Source: an uncultured candidate division Zixibacteria bacterium (GTDB taxonomy: Bacteria > Zixibacteria > MSB-5A5 > GN15 > FEB-12). Taken from it: a stretch of DNA of 64,000 bases. Of this stretch, positions 27,721-38,235 are shown piece by piece. The notes under the pieces were generated by a model. The model was not told where the DNA came from, ran no database searches, and worked only from the letters and a program-made list of their open reading frames with translations. The first letter of the stretch is position 1, and the number at the start of each line of letters is the position of its first letter. The stretch is from contig CAWDXE010000003.1 in assembly GCA_963806185.1 (NCBI GenBank), positions 224,001-288,000 of the forward strand, in the 5' to 3' direction. A program made the position numbers and the translations under genes.

Positions 27721-28226
27721 TTCTTTGCCTTTTCGTTCAGCAGGTTTCCAACCAATGAGATGAGGTCGGTAGTGTCGGCCGTTTCGAAGCCCTGGTGGGT
27801 GTCGCGAAGCGTGCCGTCGCGCCCGTAAATAAACGACGTCGGGATGGCTTTGAGATTAAACCGCTTGGCAACGCGGCCCTTGGTGTCGTATGCAATGTTG
27901 ACCGTGGACCGATTCGTGGCGAGAAACGCGGCGGCGGCGGTCGAGTCCTTGTCGAGATTCACGGCTATGATCTCAAGACCATCACTCTTGTGAACCGCAT
28001 AAAGCCGTTCCATAAACGGAAATGATTTCCGACACGGCTGGCACCAGGAGGCCCAAAAGTCGACATAGACGACCTTCCCTGCAACCTGGAGCGAGTCAGG
28101 AATAATTGAGGCAAGACTGTCCAGCGATGCCGGAATGCTCCTCGAGGCTGCAGAACCAACCATAACCAGCAATGCCACAATGAGTAACGAAAGATTAAGT
28201 GCTACGGCCCGGTAACTCACACTCAT
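27717..28226 (-). CDS. TlpA/ResA-like thioredoxin
   Basis: VDFWASWCQPCRKSFP. Confidence 0.9.
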   Translation of the reverse strand: MSVSYRAVALNLSLLIVALLVMVGSAASRSIPASLDSLASIIPDSLQVAGKVVYVDFWASWCQPCRKSFPFMERLYAVHKSDGLEIIAVNLDKDSTAAAAFLATNRSTVNIAYDTKGRVAKRFNLKAIPTSFIYGRDGTLRDTHQGFETADTTDLISLVGNLLNEKAKK

Positions 28227-28390
28227 CTCCTCTCTTGTCCAATGGGGGGACTGGACATATCACGACAATTTGGATCGGCAAAGGACGCGACTCATGTACT
28301 ACAGTCGATTTGGCCACTCGGTTCCCATGAGTTTTGCAGGGAGAGCGGGGAAATCAGAGGTGGGCCGCCCCCGTCGTGTTCAATTCCTCG

Positions 28391-28419
28391 TTGCGCCCGG
28401 TGCGGAGCGAAGTTATATT
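28391..28419 (+). promoter_or_regulatory. sigma70-like promoter giving a ~165-nt 5' UTR
   Basis: TTGCGC-N17-TATATT. Confidence 0.55.
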
Positions 28420-28590
28420 TGTTGTCGATAACAAGTCCCCATTCTAGTTTGACGAGACTCTTCTCATACGATGATTCCTGGCCAGCTGGTGAATGATGGT
28501 GACTGACAGGCGCAATGGTGCGCAGTAACTTGAAGGTAGTGCGCGCCCCTGTGCGAAAGCGTTCGCACGGCGCGGCACAAAGGAGATGTA

Positions 28591-28956
28591 GTGGATATCT
28601 ACGTAGGCAACCTGTCGTACAAGACGGCCGAAGCTGAGCTTCGCCAGATGTTTGAGCAGTACGGCGAAGTCACTCGGGCCAACATCGTGGCCGACAAGTT
28701 CACCGGCGAGTCCAGGGGATTCGGTTTCGTCCAGATGGCCACTGACGAGCAAGCCCAGGCCGCGATCGAGGCGTTAAACGGCCAGGAAATTAATGGTCGG
28801 GCGCTGGTTGTCAATGAGGCCAAGCCGCGCGAGAGTCGCCCGGGCGGCGGCGGTGGCGGCGGCGGCCGTGGTGGATTTAATCGTGGTGGCGGCGGCGGTG
28901 GTGGCCGCGACAACCGCGGTGGTGGCGGCGGTGGTGGCCGTCGCGGCGGATGGTAA
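28591..28956 (+). CDS. RRM RNA-binding protein with Gly-rich tail
   Basis: IYVGNL (RNP2), RGFGFVQM (RNP1), VNEAKPR; AAGGAG RBS. Confidence 0.95.
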   Translation: MDIYVGNLSYKTAEAELRQMFEQYGEVTRANIVADKFTGESRGFGFVQMATDEQAQAAIEALNGQEINGRALVVNEAKPRESRPGGGGGGGGRGGFNRGGGGGGGRDNRGGGGGGGRRGGW

Positions 28957-28988
28957 GAATCAGCACTTCGCAGTGACGCAAGTATCAC

Positions 28989-29019
28989 AGCAGGACTCAT
29001 GGGGGTCCTGCTTTTTTTT
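28989..29019 (+). terminator. Rho-independent terminator
   Basis: AGCAGGACTC-atgg-GGGTCCTGCT + T run. Confidence 0.85.
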
Positions 29020-29328
29020 CGATTTATCATGACGCACTCGCCGCGAGAGATTGTGATTCTCCGCCGATGTCGCTCTGTGCTATTCAGCGATGACAACGCT
29101 CCGTCGTGAATCAAGATGCCGGCGATGATAAGATCCTGAGAAGATTAGTTGGCCTTTTGTTCCATTTATGCGTATACTGAGTGGGTAACAGCTCTTCCCT
29201 CTGGTAATTGTTTCTCGAGTTCATCCCTTGGCAAATCGTTTTCTGGAGGCGATGGCGCAACTGTGCGCGGCAATCTCGCATTGCGATATATTCTGTCAAC
29301 GATCCGGATTCTGCGCCAAGAAAGGAAT

Positions 29329-29637
29329 TTGACCATTAATATTCATGTCGGCAATCTCTCCAGCGAGACCGCGGAAGACGATTTGCGCAGTCTGTTTGAA
29401 GAGTACGGTGAAGTGTCGCAGATGGCCATATTGAGCGGCGCCTTCAGCGGCCGGTCATCGGGGATTGGCATAGTCGAGATGCCCAATCGAAGTGAGGGTC
29501 AGGCGGCGATCATGGGCCTTCACGGTCGATCGGTCCACGGCCAGAATCTCACAGTCAACGAAGCGCGACAGCGCGATAGTTCGACCAGCGGCAGTCGCTC
29601 CGGGTCATCCCGTGGGCATCGACGCGATTCACGCTGA
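29329..29637 (+). CDS. RRM RNA-binding protein (divergent RNP1)
   Basis: IHVGNL, SGIGIVEM, LTVNEAR; AAAGGA RBS before TTG 29329. Confidence 0.85.
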   Translation: MTINIHVGNLSSETAEDDLRSLFEEYGEVSQMAILSGAFSGRSSGIGIVEMPNRSEGQAAIMGLHGRSVHGQNLTVNEARQRDSSTSGSRSGSSRGHRRDSR

Positions 29638-29697
29638 TCTTCCGGGGATTGTAAGTGCCCGTCGTCATTCGGAAACGGCAACATAAATGAGGATCAA

Positions 29698-29943
29698 ATG
29701 AAGATTTTTGTCGGCAACCTCAGCAACAAGACAGTCGAACAGGACCTGCACGATCGATTCAAGTCTTTCGGTGAAGTGGCCAAGGTCAATATAGCCCGCA
29801 CGTCGAAGGACCGCAGACCTCGCGGTTTCGGTTATGTGGACATGGAGAACGAGGAAGACGGACAGACGGCCATTGACGCCCTGCACGGGATCAAAATGCA
29901 CGGTGAAGTGCTGGTCGTCAATCAGGCCCGTCGCCGCGAATAG
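29698..29943 (+). CDS. RRM RNA-binding protein
   Basis: IFVGNL, RGFGYVDM, VVNQAR. Confidence 0.9.
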   Translation: MKIFVGNLSNKTVEQDLHDRFKSFGEVAKVNIARTSKDRRPRGFGYVDMENEEDGQTAIDALHGIKMHGEVLVVNQARRRE

Positions 29944-30172
29944 ACTTCAGCACCGGGGCCGATACGGGATTGTAGCATGGATTTTGTTTATCTTCAATGC
30001 CTACAATAATTGTTTTTAACTGGCCCGGCCGCTCGGAATGCCGTAAGTTAGCGAACAGCAGAGGCCCGATCGGTTGACCCCGGGCGGGATATGTGAGTAC
30101 AACGGTCAACGGTTTCGGCCGCCACCGAAATCGGGGACAAAAACGAGAACTATTTGGTGAGTGGAAGTACCC

Positions 30173-31219
30173 ATGGCGCAATCCGCACGACCGACCAGCA
30201 TAGACCGGAAACATATCAACGAAGTGAACAAGGTTATATCCCGATATCAGCGGCCCAGTGAATTACGCAGCTACTGGCAACTGGCCAATACACTGATTCC
30301 GTTTGCCGCGCTGTGGGCGATCATGGCCTGGACGCTGACCATCTCGTTCTGGCTGACACTCCCGCTTATGATGCTGAGTGCCGGTTTTCTCATCCGGACG
30401 TTCATCATTTTCCACGACTGCGGCCATGGATCGTTCTTTCGTTCCAATCGAGCCAATGATGTTGTGGGGTACATCACCGGTATCATTACGTTCACACCGT
30501 ATCATTACTGGCGCAACAGTCACGCCAAGCATCACGCTACCTCGGCCAACCTGGACAAGCGCGGGTATGGTGATGTCTGGATGATGACGGTGGAAGAGTA
30601 TCGCAATTCCCCCAGATTCGAGCGCATCAAGTATCGACTTTATCGCAATCCGGTGGTGATGTTTCTGCTCGGCCCGCTCTTCCTGATTCTCGTGACGCAC
30701 CGGATGGTCCGCCGCGACTCCAGCAAGGCCGAACGCTGGAGTGTCCACGGCACAAACGCCGGGATTGCGGTTATTGCCGTATTGATGAGCCTGGCAATCG
30801 GTTGGAAAGCCTACGTGATCATACAATTTTCGATCTTGTATATCGGCATTATGAGCGGCATCTGGCTGTTCTACGTTCAGCACCAATTTGAGGGCGTATA
30901 CTGGGCTCGCCAGCCGCACTGGGATTTTACGGCCGCTTCGCTGGAAGGTGGATCGTTCTACAAGCTGCCCAGGATTCTGCATTGGTTCACCGGCAGCATC
31001 GGCTACCATCACGTCCATCACCTGAATTCGCGCATTCCCAATTACAATTTGTCGAAGTGCCACGAGGAAGTTCCGATACTGGCCAAATCGCCGACGATTG
31101 GCTTCTTCGCCAGCTTCAAGTCGCTCCGGTTCCGTCTGTGGGACGAGAAATCGGAGCGTTTGATCAGCTTTGGTGAATTGAAGCGTATCCGTTACGCCGA
31201 CGATTTAGCGCCACAGTGA
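30173..31219 (+). CDS. Membrane fatty-acid desaturase (B. subtilis Des-like)
   Basis: His boxes HDCGH, HAKHH, HHVHH; FYVQHQFE. Confidence 0.92.
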   Translation: MAQSARPTSIDRKHINEVNKVISRYQRPSELRSYWQLANTLIPFAALWAIMAWTLTISFWLTLPLMMLSAGFLIRTFIIFHDCGHGSFFRSNRANDVVGYITGIITFTPYHYWRNSHAKHHATSANLDKRGYGDVWMMTVEEYRNSPRFERIKYRLYRNPVVMFLLGPLFLILVTHRMVRRDSSKAERWSVHGTNAGIAVIAVLMSLAIGWKAYVIIQFSILYIGIMSGIWLFYVQHQFEGVYWARQPHWDFTAASLEGGSFYKLPRILHWFTGSIGYHHVHHLNSRIPNYNLSKCHEEVPILAKSPTIGFFASFKSLRFRLWDEKSERLISFGELKRIRYADDLAPQ

Positions 31220-31249
31220 TGTCGATCGGTAATCGGGAGCGGGACGTGA

Positions 31250-33055
31250 TCAGCGCTCGATCTTGAGCGCGGCAAGAAATGCTTCCTGCGGAATTTCGAC
31301 CTGGCCAATCTGCTTCATGCGCTTCTTCCCCTCTTTCTGACGCTCCAGCAGCTTGCGTTTTCGCGTGATGTCGCCGCCGTAGCACTTGGCGGTGACGTTT
31401 TTGCGCAGGGGACGAATGGTGGATCGGCTGACAATTCTGCTGCCGATGGCAGCCTGGATGACGACCTCGAACATCTGACGAGGGATGAGTTTCTGCAATT
31501 TCTCTCCAAGCTGCATGCCCCAATGATACGCCTTCTCGCGATGGATGATGACTGAGAGGGCGTCAACTGGGTCGCCATTCACCAGAATATCAAGCTTCAC
31601 CAAATTGGAGCGGCGATAGTACGGCAGGCCGTAGTCGAACGAGGCGTATCCGCGAGTGTAAGACTTCAGCTTGTCGTAAAAATCAAAGATAATCTCCGAC
31701 AGAGGAAACGCGTAGTTGAGCGAAACCCGCGTCGTCGAGAGATACTCGGTGGTCTTGTACTCGCCGCGACGTTCTGTGCCGAGTTTCATGATAGCGCCGA
31801 TGTACTCAGCCGGGGCGATGATCTGGGCGTCGACAAATGGTTCTTCGACGTACTCAATCGCACCCGCATCGGGCATTTCCGCCGGGTTGTCGACGACGGC
31901 CATCTCGCCATCCGCTTTGTACACTTTGTATTCGACGTTCGGCACTGTGTTGATGATGGTCTGGTTGTATTCCCGCGACAGCCGCTCGGTGATGATCTCC
32001 ATATGCAACAAGCCGAGAAAGCCGACACGGAAGCCGAACCCGAGGGCGGTGGACGACTCGGGTGTGAAAGTAAGCGAGGAATCGTTGAGTTTCAATTTCT
32101 CCAGTGATTCGCGCAACTCGGCAAAATCCTCGGCGACTGCCGGGTAAAGGCCGGAAAAGACCATCGGCTTCACGTTGACAAAACCCGGTACCGGCGCGGC
32201 AGCCGGCGTGGCGACGTGCGTGACAGTGTCGCCGATGCGGGTGTCGGCTACTTCTTTGATGGACGCAAAGAAGTATCCTACTTCGCCGGCCTTCAATTGC
32301 TCCAGCGGGAACTGCGCCAGACGAAGAAATCCGACCTCGTCGACTTCGTGCATTTTGTTATTGAAGAAGAACTTGACCTTGTCACCCTTGCGAATGGTGC
32401 CGTTGACCAGTTTCACAAACGGCATGGCGCCGCGATACTCGTTGAAAATGGAATCGAATACCATTGCCTGAAGCGGGGCGGTCGCGTCACCCTTGGGCGG
32501 CGGAATAAGGCGAACGATCGCTTCGAGCAACTCGTCGATGCCTATCCCCTCTTTGGCCGAGCAGCGAATGATATCGTCGGCGGGACAGCCGAGCAGTTCC
32601 TGAATCTCTTTAGCTACCTGTTCCGGATTGGCATTGGGAAGATCGATCTTGTTCACCACCGGGAGAATTTCGAGGTTGTTCTCCATCGCCAGATAGAGAT
32701 TCGATAGGGTCTGAGCTTCGATCCCCTGAGCAGCATCGACAACAAGTATAGCTCCTTCACAGGCTGAGAGAGATCGGCTGACCTCGTAGGTGAAATCGAC
32801 GTGACCGGGAGTGTCAATCAAATTGAGCTGGTAATGTTCACCGGCCGGTGTGAAGTAGTCAAGGCGTATCGAATGGGCCTTGATGGTGATGCCGCGCTCC
32901 TGCTCGAGGTCCATGGAATCAAGCACCTGGCCGTGGGTCATCTGGCGATCGGACAGGGTCTTGGTCCGTTCGAGCAGGCGATCGGCGAGGGTCGATTTGC
33001 CGTGATCGATGTGGGCAATTATCGAGAAATTGCGAATTTTCGAAATGTCATACAT
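31250..33055 (-). CDS. lepA: Translation elongation factor 4
   Basis: [34 protein letters not shown]. Confidence 0.97.
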   Translation of the reverse strand: MYDISKIRNFSIIAHIDHGKSTLADRLLERTKTLSDRQMTHGQVLDSMDLEQERGITIKAHSIRLDYFTPAGEHYQLNLIDTPGHVDFTYEVSRSLSACEGAILVVDAAQGIEAQTLSNLYLAMENNLEILPVVNKIDLPNANPEQVAKEIQELLGCPADDIIRCSAKEGIGIDELLEAIVRLIPPPKGDATAPLQAMVFDSIFNEYRGAMPFVKLVNGTIRKGDKVKFFFNNKMHEVDEVGFLRLAQFPLEQLKAGEVGYFFASIKEVADTRIGDTVTHVATPAAAPVPGFVNVKPMVFSGLYPAVAEDFAELRESLEKLKLNDSSLTFTPESSTALGFGFRVGFLGLLHMEIITERLSREYNQTIINTVPNVEYKVYKADGEMAVVDNPAEMPDAGAIEYVEEPFVDAQIIAPAEYIGAIMKLGTERRGEYKTTEYLSTTRVSLNYAFPLSEIIFDFYDKLKSYTRGYASFDYGLPYYRRSNLVKLDILVNGDPVDALSVIIHREKAYHWGMQLGEKLQKLIPRQMFEVVIQAAIGSRIVSRSTIRPLRKNVTAKCYGGDITRKRKLLERQKEGKKRMKQIGQVEIPQEAFLAALKIER

Positions 33056-33115
33056 GTCGAGTAGTTAAGCCTTTGGTCACAAATTTACCGACCCCGGCAG
33101 GGGGTCGGTGGCGAG

Positions 33116-33144
33116 AAGGTAGGCAATTCGGATCGGATTGTCAA
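33116..33144 (-). promoter_or_regulatory. sigma70-like promoter for lepA
   Basis: TTGACA-N17-TACCTT, followed by a GC hairpin (33087-33109). Confidence 0.55.
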
Positions 33145-33152
33145 ATAGGGGT

Positions 33153-34370
33153 CTAGTATTCCTGCCAGCGGTAATCAACTATGACCATCAGCGCTATCAG
33201 CGACCAAAACAGCACCAGCGCCGTGCCGCCATAAGAGACAAACGGCAACGGCAGACCAGTGACCGGCATGATGCCCAGCGCCATCCCGATGTTGACCACA
33301 AATTGGAAGAAAATCACCGAGGCGGCGCCTATCACGAGAAATGATCCGAAGCGGCTTCGCGAACGAATGGCGATTCGAATCGCCCGATAGAAGATGAACG
33401 TAAAGAGGAGGATGACTATCAGGCAGCCCCACAGGCCGAATTCTTCGCCCAGCACGGAGAAGATGAAGTCAGTGTGTCGTTCCGGCAGAAAATCGAGCCG
33501 CGATTGTGACCCATTGAGGAAGCCCTTTCCCCAGATTCCGCCGGAACCGATGGCAATTTTTGACTGGATGATCTGGTAGCCGGCGCCGCGCGGATCGCGA
33601 CCGGGGTCAAGAAAGACAATAATGCGCAGCTTTTGGTAATCCTGCAATCGATTCCAGACAAAGGGTAAGACCATCCCCGATCCCAGGTTGGCAATGACCG
33701 CCAGAAATGAAAACATTGCTCCGGGCTTGAGCAGCGTCAGAAAGCCGAGTAACACAACGAAGTAGAGTGCCCAGGAGAGCCAATGGGAGGCGGCGATGAG
33801 CGACGCAATCGGCGACAGGATGAGTAGCAGGTACCAGATAGACAGCCCCGACCAGAACCAGAGGGCGATCAACATCACACCAAATACGAGCGACGATCCA
33901 AGGTCCGGTTGTTTGAGCACGAGCAGTGCGGGAATGCCGGCCAACATCAGCGAAAAGGCCAGACGGCGCTTCGACTCGGCGGGGAGTTTTGTATAAGAGA
34001 AGAATCGAGCTAACGCCAGCAGTACACCGATTTTGCCCAAATCCGAGGGCGAAAAACTCAGCGGTCCAAGATCGAACCAGCGCGAAGCCCCCATGCGTAC
34101 GGATCCGCCGAATAGTACGGCGATTAACAGAAAGAAACTCAGACCATAAACGATGTATGCCCCGGCGTCAAACACTCGCAACGGCAAGTGAATAAGGACG
34201 GCAAAAACGCCAAAGGCTACCAGTAGCCAGGTCAGCTGGCGGAGATAATAGGTGCGCTCGAAAGCAGAGTCAGAATAGTACTGAGCGGAGAAGACGACTA
34301 CCACGCCTATGAGGGTAAGTGCGAGCGCCGCGCCGATCAGTTTCCAATCCAACTCACGATAATCGAGCAT
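33153..34370 (-). CDS. rodA: Rod shape-determining protein RodA
   Basis: SEDS motifs GASRW, QPDLG, YQIIQSKIAIGSGG, LPERHTDF, LPFVSYGG. Confidence 0.95.
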   Translation of the reverse strand: MLDYRELDWKLIGAALALTLIGVVVVFSAQYYSDSAFERTYYLRQLTWLLVAFGVFAVLIHLPLRVFDAGAYIVYGLSFFLLIAVLFGGSVRMGASRWFDLGPLSFSPSDLGKIGVLLALARFFSYTKLPAESKRRLAFSLMLAGIPALLVLKQPDLGSSLVFGVMLIALWFWSGLSIWYLLLILSPIASLIAASHWLSWALYFVVLLGFLTLLKPGAMFSFLAVIANLGSGMVLPFVWNRLQDYQKLRIIVFLDPGRDPRGAGYQIIQSKIAIGSGGIWGKGFLNGSQSRLDFLPERHTDFIFSVLGEEFGLWGCLIVILLFTFIFYRAIRIAIRSRSRFGSFLVIGAASVIFFQFVVNIGMALGIMPVTGLPLPFVSYGGTALVLFWSLIALMVIVDYRWQEY

Positions 34371-36271
34371 TACTCAGTCCCCCCACCCGTGGGTCGAACC
34401 GGCAACGAGGCTTCCGTCGAGGTCGGTTTGGCCGGTTTCTTGACGGCCGTTGAGTCCGACGGCTTCGCGACCGGTTTGGGCGGTTCTTCAATGATACCCA
34501 ACTTCTTGAACATGTACGCCTTGATGATCTTGCCCACCGCCGGCGCGGCCACCTCAGAACCATGACCGGCATTTTCTACAATGGCGGCCACCACAATCTC
34601 CGAATTTTCCAATGGCGCCACGCCCACAAACCAGGCGTGGTTGTCGCCATGCGGGTTCTGGGCCGTGCCGGTCTTACCTCCGATGGAGTAGTACTTGTTC
34701 TTCAGCCGTCGCGCCGTGCCCCGACCTCCCTCAACAACGAGACGAAGCCCTTCTTTGAGAACAGAAAGCGTGTGGGGCGAGAACGGCAACTTGAACGACA
34801 CTTCCGGCTTCACTTCCTCACGCGTCCCGTCCGGCTTGACGAAAGCTCGGACCAGATGGGGACGATAGACCACACCGTTGTTGGCCAGGCCGCAATAGAA
34901 TTGAGCTAATTGTATCGGCGTGACCAGAATCTCACCCTGTCCGATGGCCAGATTCAAGGCGAGAGCTTTCGTCCAGCCGCGCTTCCCGTAGACTTTGTCG
35001 AGGTACTCGGGGGTCGGATTGAGTCCCTTAGATTCGCCGGGGAGGTCGACGCCGGTTGGTTTGCCGAAGCCACAGGCATCATAGTACTTCGCCAGTCCCT
35101 CCACACCGAGCTTCAAGCCGAGTTGATACATGTAAACGTCGCACGAGGCCTCGATTCCATGCACGGCCGTGACTACACCGTGCCCCTTAGGCTCCCAGCA
35201 GCGAAAGAAGCGATTGCCGAACTGATAACCGCCGATACATGATCGAAAGGTCGTGTTCTCGTCGATCACGCCCTCCTCGAGTCCGGCGCCCACGGTAAGC
35301 AGTTTGGCGGTTGAACCGGGCGGATAGAGTCCGTTGAGTGGCCGATTGAGCAGCGGATGGGTCGGATCCTGGGAAATGGATTGCCACAAGTTCTCCGGTA
35401 CAAAGGCAGAAAACACATTGGGATCGAAGCCGGGACGCGAGGCCATGGCGAGTACTTCGCCGGTCCGTGGATCGATGGCGACTATCGCACCACAACAGTG
35501 AGTCGTGTCAAAAATGGAATCAACGACGGTCTGTATGTCCAGATCAATCGACAGGTGCAGATCGGTGCCCGGCATGGCCTCCACTTTTTCCTTGCCGCCG
35601 TAGGGTCCGACAACCTGTCCGGACGCGTACACCTCGACGTAGGCGGTTCCCTCGATGCCTCTCAGGCGATTATCGTACTGCTTCTCAAGCCCCTTTTTGC
35701 CAATCAGCGAGCCGAGGCGGTACTGGATGTCGGGGTTGCGCTCCAGGTCCTGGGGGGATACTTCACCGACATACCCGGTGAATGACTCCATGCCCGCCGA
35801 ATGCTGATACTGGCGGACTTTTTCCATGGAATAGGAAACGCCCGGGAACTCGTTGTTCCGCTCTTCGAGCACGGCAACGACGTCAAACGGTATATCCGGC
35901 TTGATTGAGGCGGGAAGATAACGAGTCAGCATCGTTCGCTTCATGATCTTGCGGATTTGTCCGGTATCGATATCGATGACTCGGGCAAGATTGGCGAGCG
36001 TCTTCCCCTTCACTTCTTCGGAGGGCACAACGGAGACAGTGTACGACGGCCGGTTGTCAACGAGTACGCGTTCCTCACGGTCGTACATCATGCCACGTCT
36101 GGGAACGATAGGCACAACACGAACCCGGTTCATCTCTGACTTTTCGTAGAGTTCCGCGTGATCGACTATCTGCAGATTGACGAGCCCGGCTACCAATATG
36201 AGTGCCACTACCGTCACGGCGCCATAGGCGACTGATTGCCTTCCCCACGTTGCCAGACGATTATCACTCAT
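34370..36271 (-). CDS. mrdA: Penicillin-binding protein 2
   Basis: PRRG..YDR, YPPGSTAK (SxxK), SCD, KTGTAQ. Confidence 0.95.
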   Translation of the reverse strand: MSDNRLATWGRQSVAYGAVTVVALILVAGLVNLQIVDHAELYEKSEMNRVRVVPIVPRRGMMYDREERVLVDNRPSYTVSVVPSEEVKGKTLANLARVIDIDTGQIRKIMKRTMLTRYLPASIKPDIPFDVVAVLEERNNEFPGVSYSMEKVRQYQHSAGMESFTGYVGEVSPQDLERNPDIQYRLGSLIGKKGLEKQYDNRLRGIEGTAYVEVYASGQVVGPYGGKEKVEAMPGTDLHLSIDLDIQTVVDSIFDTTHCCGAIVAIDPRTGEVLAMASRPGFDPNVFSAFVPENLWQSISQDPTHPLLNRPLNGLYPPGSTAKLLTVGAGLEEGVIDENTTFRSCIGGYQFGNRFFRCWEPKGHGVVTAVHGIEASCDVYMYQLGLKLGVEGLAKYYDACGFGKPTGVDLPGESKGLNPTPEYLDKVYGKRGWTKALALNLAIGQGEILVTPIQLAQFYCGLANNGVVYRPHLVRAFVKPDGTREEVKPEVSFKLPFSPHTLSVLKEGLRLVVEGGRGTARRLKNKYYSIGGKTGTAQNPHGDNHAWFVGVAPLENSEIVVAAIVENAGHGSEVAAPAVGKIIKAYMFKKLGIIEEPPKPVAKPSDSTAVKKPAKPTSTEASLPVRPTGGGTE

Positions 36272-36277
36272 ATGGCC

Positions 36278-36763
36278 CTAGAAGATGGATCGAACGTTTT
36301 CCTGCGTCACTTGCCCGCCGCGTACGAGATAAAACAGAGTGGCAACTGCGGTCGTGTAAGCAGCACTCGTCAGGGCGCTGTACCACAACAGATATAGAAA
36401 GCCACCGGGCTGGTTCAGGGCGACGGTCACCGCGTTATAGATGAACACCCCGACGAAGGTAAAAAGCAGTTTTGCGGCCAGAGAATCCACATTTAGCCTC
36501 TCGCGAACGTGATAGCCGACAAAACCGAGTACGGCGCCGGCAAGAGCGTGCCAGCCCATCAGGTGAGGCAGGGTGGCAGAGGCCACGGCTCCGGCCGCGA
36601 AACCGAACCAAAGTGCGGAAATCTCGGATTTATACAGCGCCACGGCGAGAATCAGAAACGCCGGAATGTTCATGGTGGCGCCGTAGATATTCGTGAGATC
36701 GCGCCAGATGGTAACGTAAAACGCGATCAGCAAGAGATAGAGGATGAAGGGTATGAATCTCAT
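36278..36763 (-). CDS. mreD: Rod shape-determining protein MreD
   Basis: Small hydrophobic protein between mreC and mrdA. Confidence 0.8.
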   Translation of the reverse strand: MRFIPFILYLLLIAFYVTIWRDLTNIYGATMNIPAFLILAVALYKSEISALWFGFAAGAVASATLPHLMGWHALAGAVLGFVGYHVRERLNVDSLAAKLLFTFVGVFIYNAVTVALNQPGGFLYLLWYSALTSAAYTTAVATLFYLVRGGQVTQENVRSIF

Positions 36764-37551
36764 CGTGTGTCCGGCCTCAACAGAAATACTTCCTCAAGCG
36801 AATTGAAATTCGCCATTGGCGTAATGATCACATCGTAGAAAGGTCGATCATTCGGCCGCTCGGCTTCGGTGACGACCCCTACGACCAGTCCACCGGGGTA
36901 TACGCCTCCCAAACCGGAAGAGATGATCACGTCGCCTTCTTTGATACTCCCTTCAACCGGGAAATTATCCAACATCAATCCCGCAGACGGCACATATTTT
37001 ACGATGCCCATTTCGCGTGTGTCCGAGACGCGCGCGGCACAGCGATTGGCCGGATCGGTGAGTAATTGCACCGTCGCCGTGTAATCCGCCACCTCAGTAA
37101 CGCGACCAACCAATCCCTGTTGGTTGATAACGGTCTGGTTTACGTATACCGAATCGGTCCGGCCGCGGTTGATCGTCGCTCCCATCGGAATCTTGTCTCC
37201 GACGGTGGCGGTCACTTTGGCCGGCAGTAGCCGGTAACCGGCAGGGGGGTCAAAGCCGAGAATGGCGCGCATGCGGGCGTTTTCGCGCTTGATTTCCTCT
37301 ATACCGTAAATCTGAATTGAGGATTCGACCAGGGCCTGGCGAAGCCGCTGATTCTCTTCATTGACGTTGACCAGTTCAAGAACGAACGACTTGGCCTTGG
37401 CGAAGGGATAATAGAAGGCGGCCAGAAAGGCTTCGGATACCATCGAGTTGTACCCGACCTGGCCGACAATTAAGACAATGGTGAAAAAGAGTACGGCGAC
37501 AAAGTGCAGATTACGCCAATACCTGGAAAACAGGCTGGAAATCCATGTCAT
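36760..37551 (-). CDS. mreC: Rod shape-determining protein MreC
   Basis: EENQRLR, ENARMR, GLVGRV, SGLGGVYPGGL. Confidence 0.93.
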   Translation of the reverse strand: MTWISSLFSRYWRNLHFVAVLFFTIVLIVGQVGYNSMVSEAFLAAFYYPFAKAKSFVLELVNVNEENQRLRQALVESSIQIYGIEEIKRENARMRAILGFDPPAGYRLLPAKVTATVGDKIPMGATINRGRTDSVYVNQTVINQQGLVGRVTEVADYTATVQLLTDPANRCAARVSDTREMGIVKYVPSAGLMLDNFPVEGSIKEGDVIISSGLGGVYPGGLVVGVVTEAERPNDRPFYDVIITPMANFNSLEEVFLLRPDTR

Positions 37552-37584
37552 CGCGCGCTACGTCCCTGCCGTCAATGGCGTCGT

Positions 37585-38037
37585 CTAGTTGATATTATCC
37601 ATCAGCGCGAGCACGTCGCCCGGAGAGGTCGCTTTCATCAACTTGTTCCGGTTCTCTTCTGATTTCATCAGGTACGACAAGCGGGCCATGACGTTCAAGT
37701 GCGCTCCGATTGCGTCCTCCGGCGCGGCAATGAGAAAGAAGAGATGCACCGGCTGATGGTCCATGGCTTCGAAATCGATGCCGCGATCGGAGCGGCCGAA
37801 CGCGATGACAATTCCTTTGGCCGAACTGGTCTTGGCGTGCGGGAATGCGACGCCATAACCTACTCCGGTCGTGACGAGTTCTTCCCGTTGCCGGACGTCG
37901 GCCAGCAGCCGATCATGGTCCTTGATCATGTTGGACGTTGAGGCCAGATCGACCAACTCTTTCAGGACTTCGGTCTTAGTCTTCGCCTGGAGATCAAAAG
38001 AGACTAACCCCTCTTCGCAGAATTTGGACAGCTTCAT
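37585..38037 (-). CDS. PTS IIA (PtsN-like) protein
   Basis: REELVTTGVGYGVAFPH. Confidence 0.9.
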   Translation of the reverse strand: MKLSKFCEEGLVSFDLQAKTKTEVLKELVDLASTSNMIKDHDRLLADVRQREELVTTGVGYGVAFPHAKTSSAKGIVIAFGRSDRGIDFEAMDHQPVHLFFLIAAPEDAIGAHLNVMARLSYLMKSEENRNKLMKATSPGDVLALMDNIN

Positions 38038-38047
38038 CAAAAAACCT

Positions 38048-38221
38048 TTATCGCAATTGGTCAGCCTCATCGACCAGCAGCACCGGGATGTCGTCGATTA
38101 TACGGTACGCCAGTTTGCAGGCATGACATTCCAGACTATTCTCTTTGCTCCGATACACGAGCTGTCCCTTGCACTGGGGACACACGATCTTGTCGAGGAG
38201 CCTATCCGACAGCGGGCTCAT
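38048..38221 (-). CDS. Trm112/YcaR-like zinc-ribbon protein (57 aa)
   Basis: Own translation (below the ORF-track cutoff): MSPLSDRLLDKIVCPQCKGQL...CHACKLAYRIIDDIPVLLVDEA. Confidence 0.9.
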   Translation of the reverse strand: MSPLSDRLLDKIVCPQCKGQLVYRSKENSLECHACKLAYRIIDDIPVLLVDEADQLR

Positions 38222-38235
38222 AGCAGCACCCTTCC

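Noticed and set aside
28843..28953. GGC/GGT tandem repeat
   Set aside because: It simply encodes the Gly-rich tail of the RRM protein.
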